From Octopus bimaculoides (Eukaryota), in NCBI RefSeq assembly GCF_001194135.2, contig NC_068983.1:2950188-2984627 (forward strand): a DNA stretch of 34,440 nt, given 5' to 3'. The stretch's first letter is position 1, and each line of letters opens with the position of its first letter. The notes under the pieces were generated by a model, which searched no databases, had not been told where the DNA came from, and saw nothing but the letters and a program-made list of their open reading frames with translations. Below are positions 32,291-34,440 of this stretch, piece by piece. A program made the translations under genes and the position numbers.

Positions 32291-33394
32291 CACACATACG
32301 TACATGCATATATGATGATAGCCTCAGTATCTCAGATGCTGGTCATCTCCGATTCAGCTTGACTGTTCCAGTTTGCTTCCACTCCTGCATGTACACGGAT
32401 ATGACTTTCCAGCCACGGATCTATCGCCATTGGACATTATAAAATGGAACAAGAAATGAAATGGTACTGAGACATCTGTATATCGTTGGGTTTAAATGAC
32501 CAGAGCTTGGATAATACTGTTGCTCCTCTCTCAGTCGCCATGGTAGGTTCCAATAACAAACATTACCAAGATGACTGCTACTATTTAGACTAATTTTGAT
32601 ATCAGAGTGCCTTTCTCCTAAAAGTGCTGCTCCGTCAAATATGACCATCTTAAGATTGCCGACTTTCAATGCTAGCTGTGCAAGCTAGCTGGGCATTCCA
32701 GATTCAGCGATACTTTGTAAAACATGCAGGAAAGCGGAAATGTTAAACGTAATAAAACTCGCAACTGTTACAACCTGAAACAACATAGCATGCAATGTAA
32801 ATGTACATGTATCTCTGGAATGTAAATATGTTTGTGCGCGTGTGGTGCGTGCCTCTGCGTATGTGTGTGCGCGCGTGTGTGTGTGTGTGTGTACATACAA
32901 AGACCCGCGAATACAAGGATCATGGGAACGTGTCGGAACTTTTCGTGATTATACTGTTCCACGGAAATGCGTGCACGGCTGACGATCATTTGTAGCCAAA
33001 TTACTAAATCAGTCTATAAATATGATACATATTTGCACATGTTTCTGCACAAGTAACCCTCCTCAGTATATATGATTGATTTGTGAGATATATTTCCTTC
33101 ATATTAGCATTTCTGCGTAAAACATTTATTAAACGGATTCTTCTGTATCTTGCTAGTGGGAAAGTCATTATCGATTATACTAAAGAAGGCTTTGCTGTTT
33201 AACGAATTGTCGGGTGGTGAAGTGAGTGCTATCAGGACACCTTTTCTTTTTTGCTGGACGCCGTTGGCGTACATATAACCTCATCTGTGTGTTGTATTCG
33301 CTTTTAAGGCGTCGTTTTCACGAGAATCTGCTACATTGGACCAAGTATTTCACTTCTATAGTTGGGTGACCAGAACCTGAGTTCTGGTCACCCA

Positions 33395-33690
33395 GTCATC
33401 AACTTCCACATCAGGGGCAGGCAGGTGATTGACCGGTAATTATTCAGCGCATTGCCTTTACTGGAATCCTTTTGACAGAGAATTGTTTTACCTGCTGTCA
33501 GCTTCTTCGGAATCATTTTATCCATTTGCGTGGCTATTCTTCTGTGTAGTGCAGGGAAAGTTTTCAGCCAATATCCTTATACCCCATCCGGGCCTGGGTA
33601 TTCCCAGTTTGGGATCTTTCTTGTCTGTTCGGTTACCATTTCAGTCATTATTCTAATATTGCTCTCTTTCACTTCATATTTTCCACTTCA
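33395..33690 (-). mobile_element. R4/Dong-clade LINE copy 5 (RT N-terminal domains)
   Basis: Minus strand [32 protein letters not shown]...[34 protein letters not shown], homologous to 1960-2215. Confidence 0.88.

Positions 33691-33765
<75 letters not shown>
33691..33765. repeat. (ATT)n microsatellite, i.e. (AAT)n on the element strand, at the 5' side of Dong copy 5
   Basis: Directly visible. Confidence 0.98.
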
Positions 33766-33767
<2 letters not shown>

Positions 33768-34309
33768 GCATAGCCCACCTTCACCATCAGATTATAGAGT
33801 AAATCAATAAAGAAAATTCACTGCTATTATACACGCTGACATTGCCACAAGAATTTTACACACAGATATAATATATATACAAGTGCATGCGTGTGTGTGT
33901 GTGAGTTTGTGTGTCTGTGAATGCGTATAAAATTCCGCTAGATTTCATGATATCATCCTATATCTAATTTCATATATTCTGTGTGCTTAATCTTGTCTTT
34001 GAATCTTGTCTTTTAGCAAAATTTACATACACAGTCTCCTTTGTTTTCTCTTCTTTTCTTTGTTTTTTTTTCTTTTTGTGAAATATAATGCACCACCGTC
34101 AAACAGCGTTATTTTCCATTCGGTTTTATTTTGTGCATTGCATTATAAGTTGCAAAGACGTCTGCTTGTGCGTGCATGGGCAATCAACGAGAAAGTGTAG
34201 TAGTTGAGAAACGAACGTTCATATTTCCATTGCAATATGTTTATCGCATCGGTCGCCTGATGAATATTCTACGGTTGGTTGGTTCGTGGCTTTGTGCTAA
34301 TCAGAATAT

Positions 34310-34392
34310 ACATATATAAATGCATATAAATATACATATACAAATATATATACGAATAAACATATATATATATGTGTGTGTGTGTTTATGTC

Positions 34393-34440
<48 letters not shown>
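34310..34440. repeat. (TA)n-rich microsatellite
   Basis: Directly visible. Confidence 0.95.

Noticed and set aside
32421-32669. ORF with VIFDGAALL, reminiscent of some DNA-transposon proteins
   Set aside because: A single short motif with no supporting context.
32819-32840. TGGAATGTAAA match to the 5' half of miR-1
   Set aside because: The 3' half diverges and there is no complementary arm to form a precursor hairpin.
33140-33360. Minus-strand peptide faintly like an RTE/L2 RT segment
   Set aside because: Similarity is too weak to call without an HMM search.

Overview
Repeat-dominated animal genomic DNA: AT-rich, dense in microsatellites, with eight N-gaps. The repeat families resemble those I associate with Octopus/coleoid cephalopod genomes; this is an inference, not verified by search. 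I found no intact host protein-coding gene, rRNA, tRNA gene or CRISPR array. Nearly all ORFs in the track are microsatellite translations, N-gap read-throughs or transposon relics. Identifiable content: five decayed R4/Dong-clade (RLE) non-LTR retrotransposon fragments, several abutting (AAT)n tracts; two CR1/L2-type LINE fragments; one L1/Tx1-type RT fragment; an internally deleted Tc1/mariner element; a GC-rich hAT-like MITE; about 20 copies or fragments of four SINE-like families (labelled A-D by me); and a duplicated, possibly Penelope-derived repeat. The most striking unexplained signal is a 127-nt fold-back with 59-bp arms and a single G-U mismatch (25911-26037). Also notable are two perfect 14-bp hairpins inside Dong relics, several degenerate hammerhead-like motifs, an inverted SINE pair able to form about 146 bp of dsRNA, and two candidate regulatory motif clusters. 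I see no convincing evidence of a wholly new multi-gene system. Element boundaries are approximate unless stated as exact.
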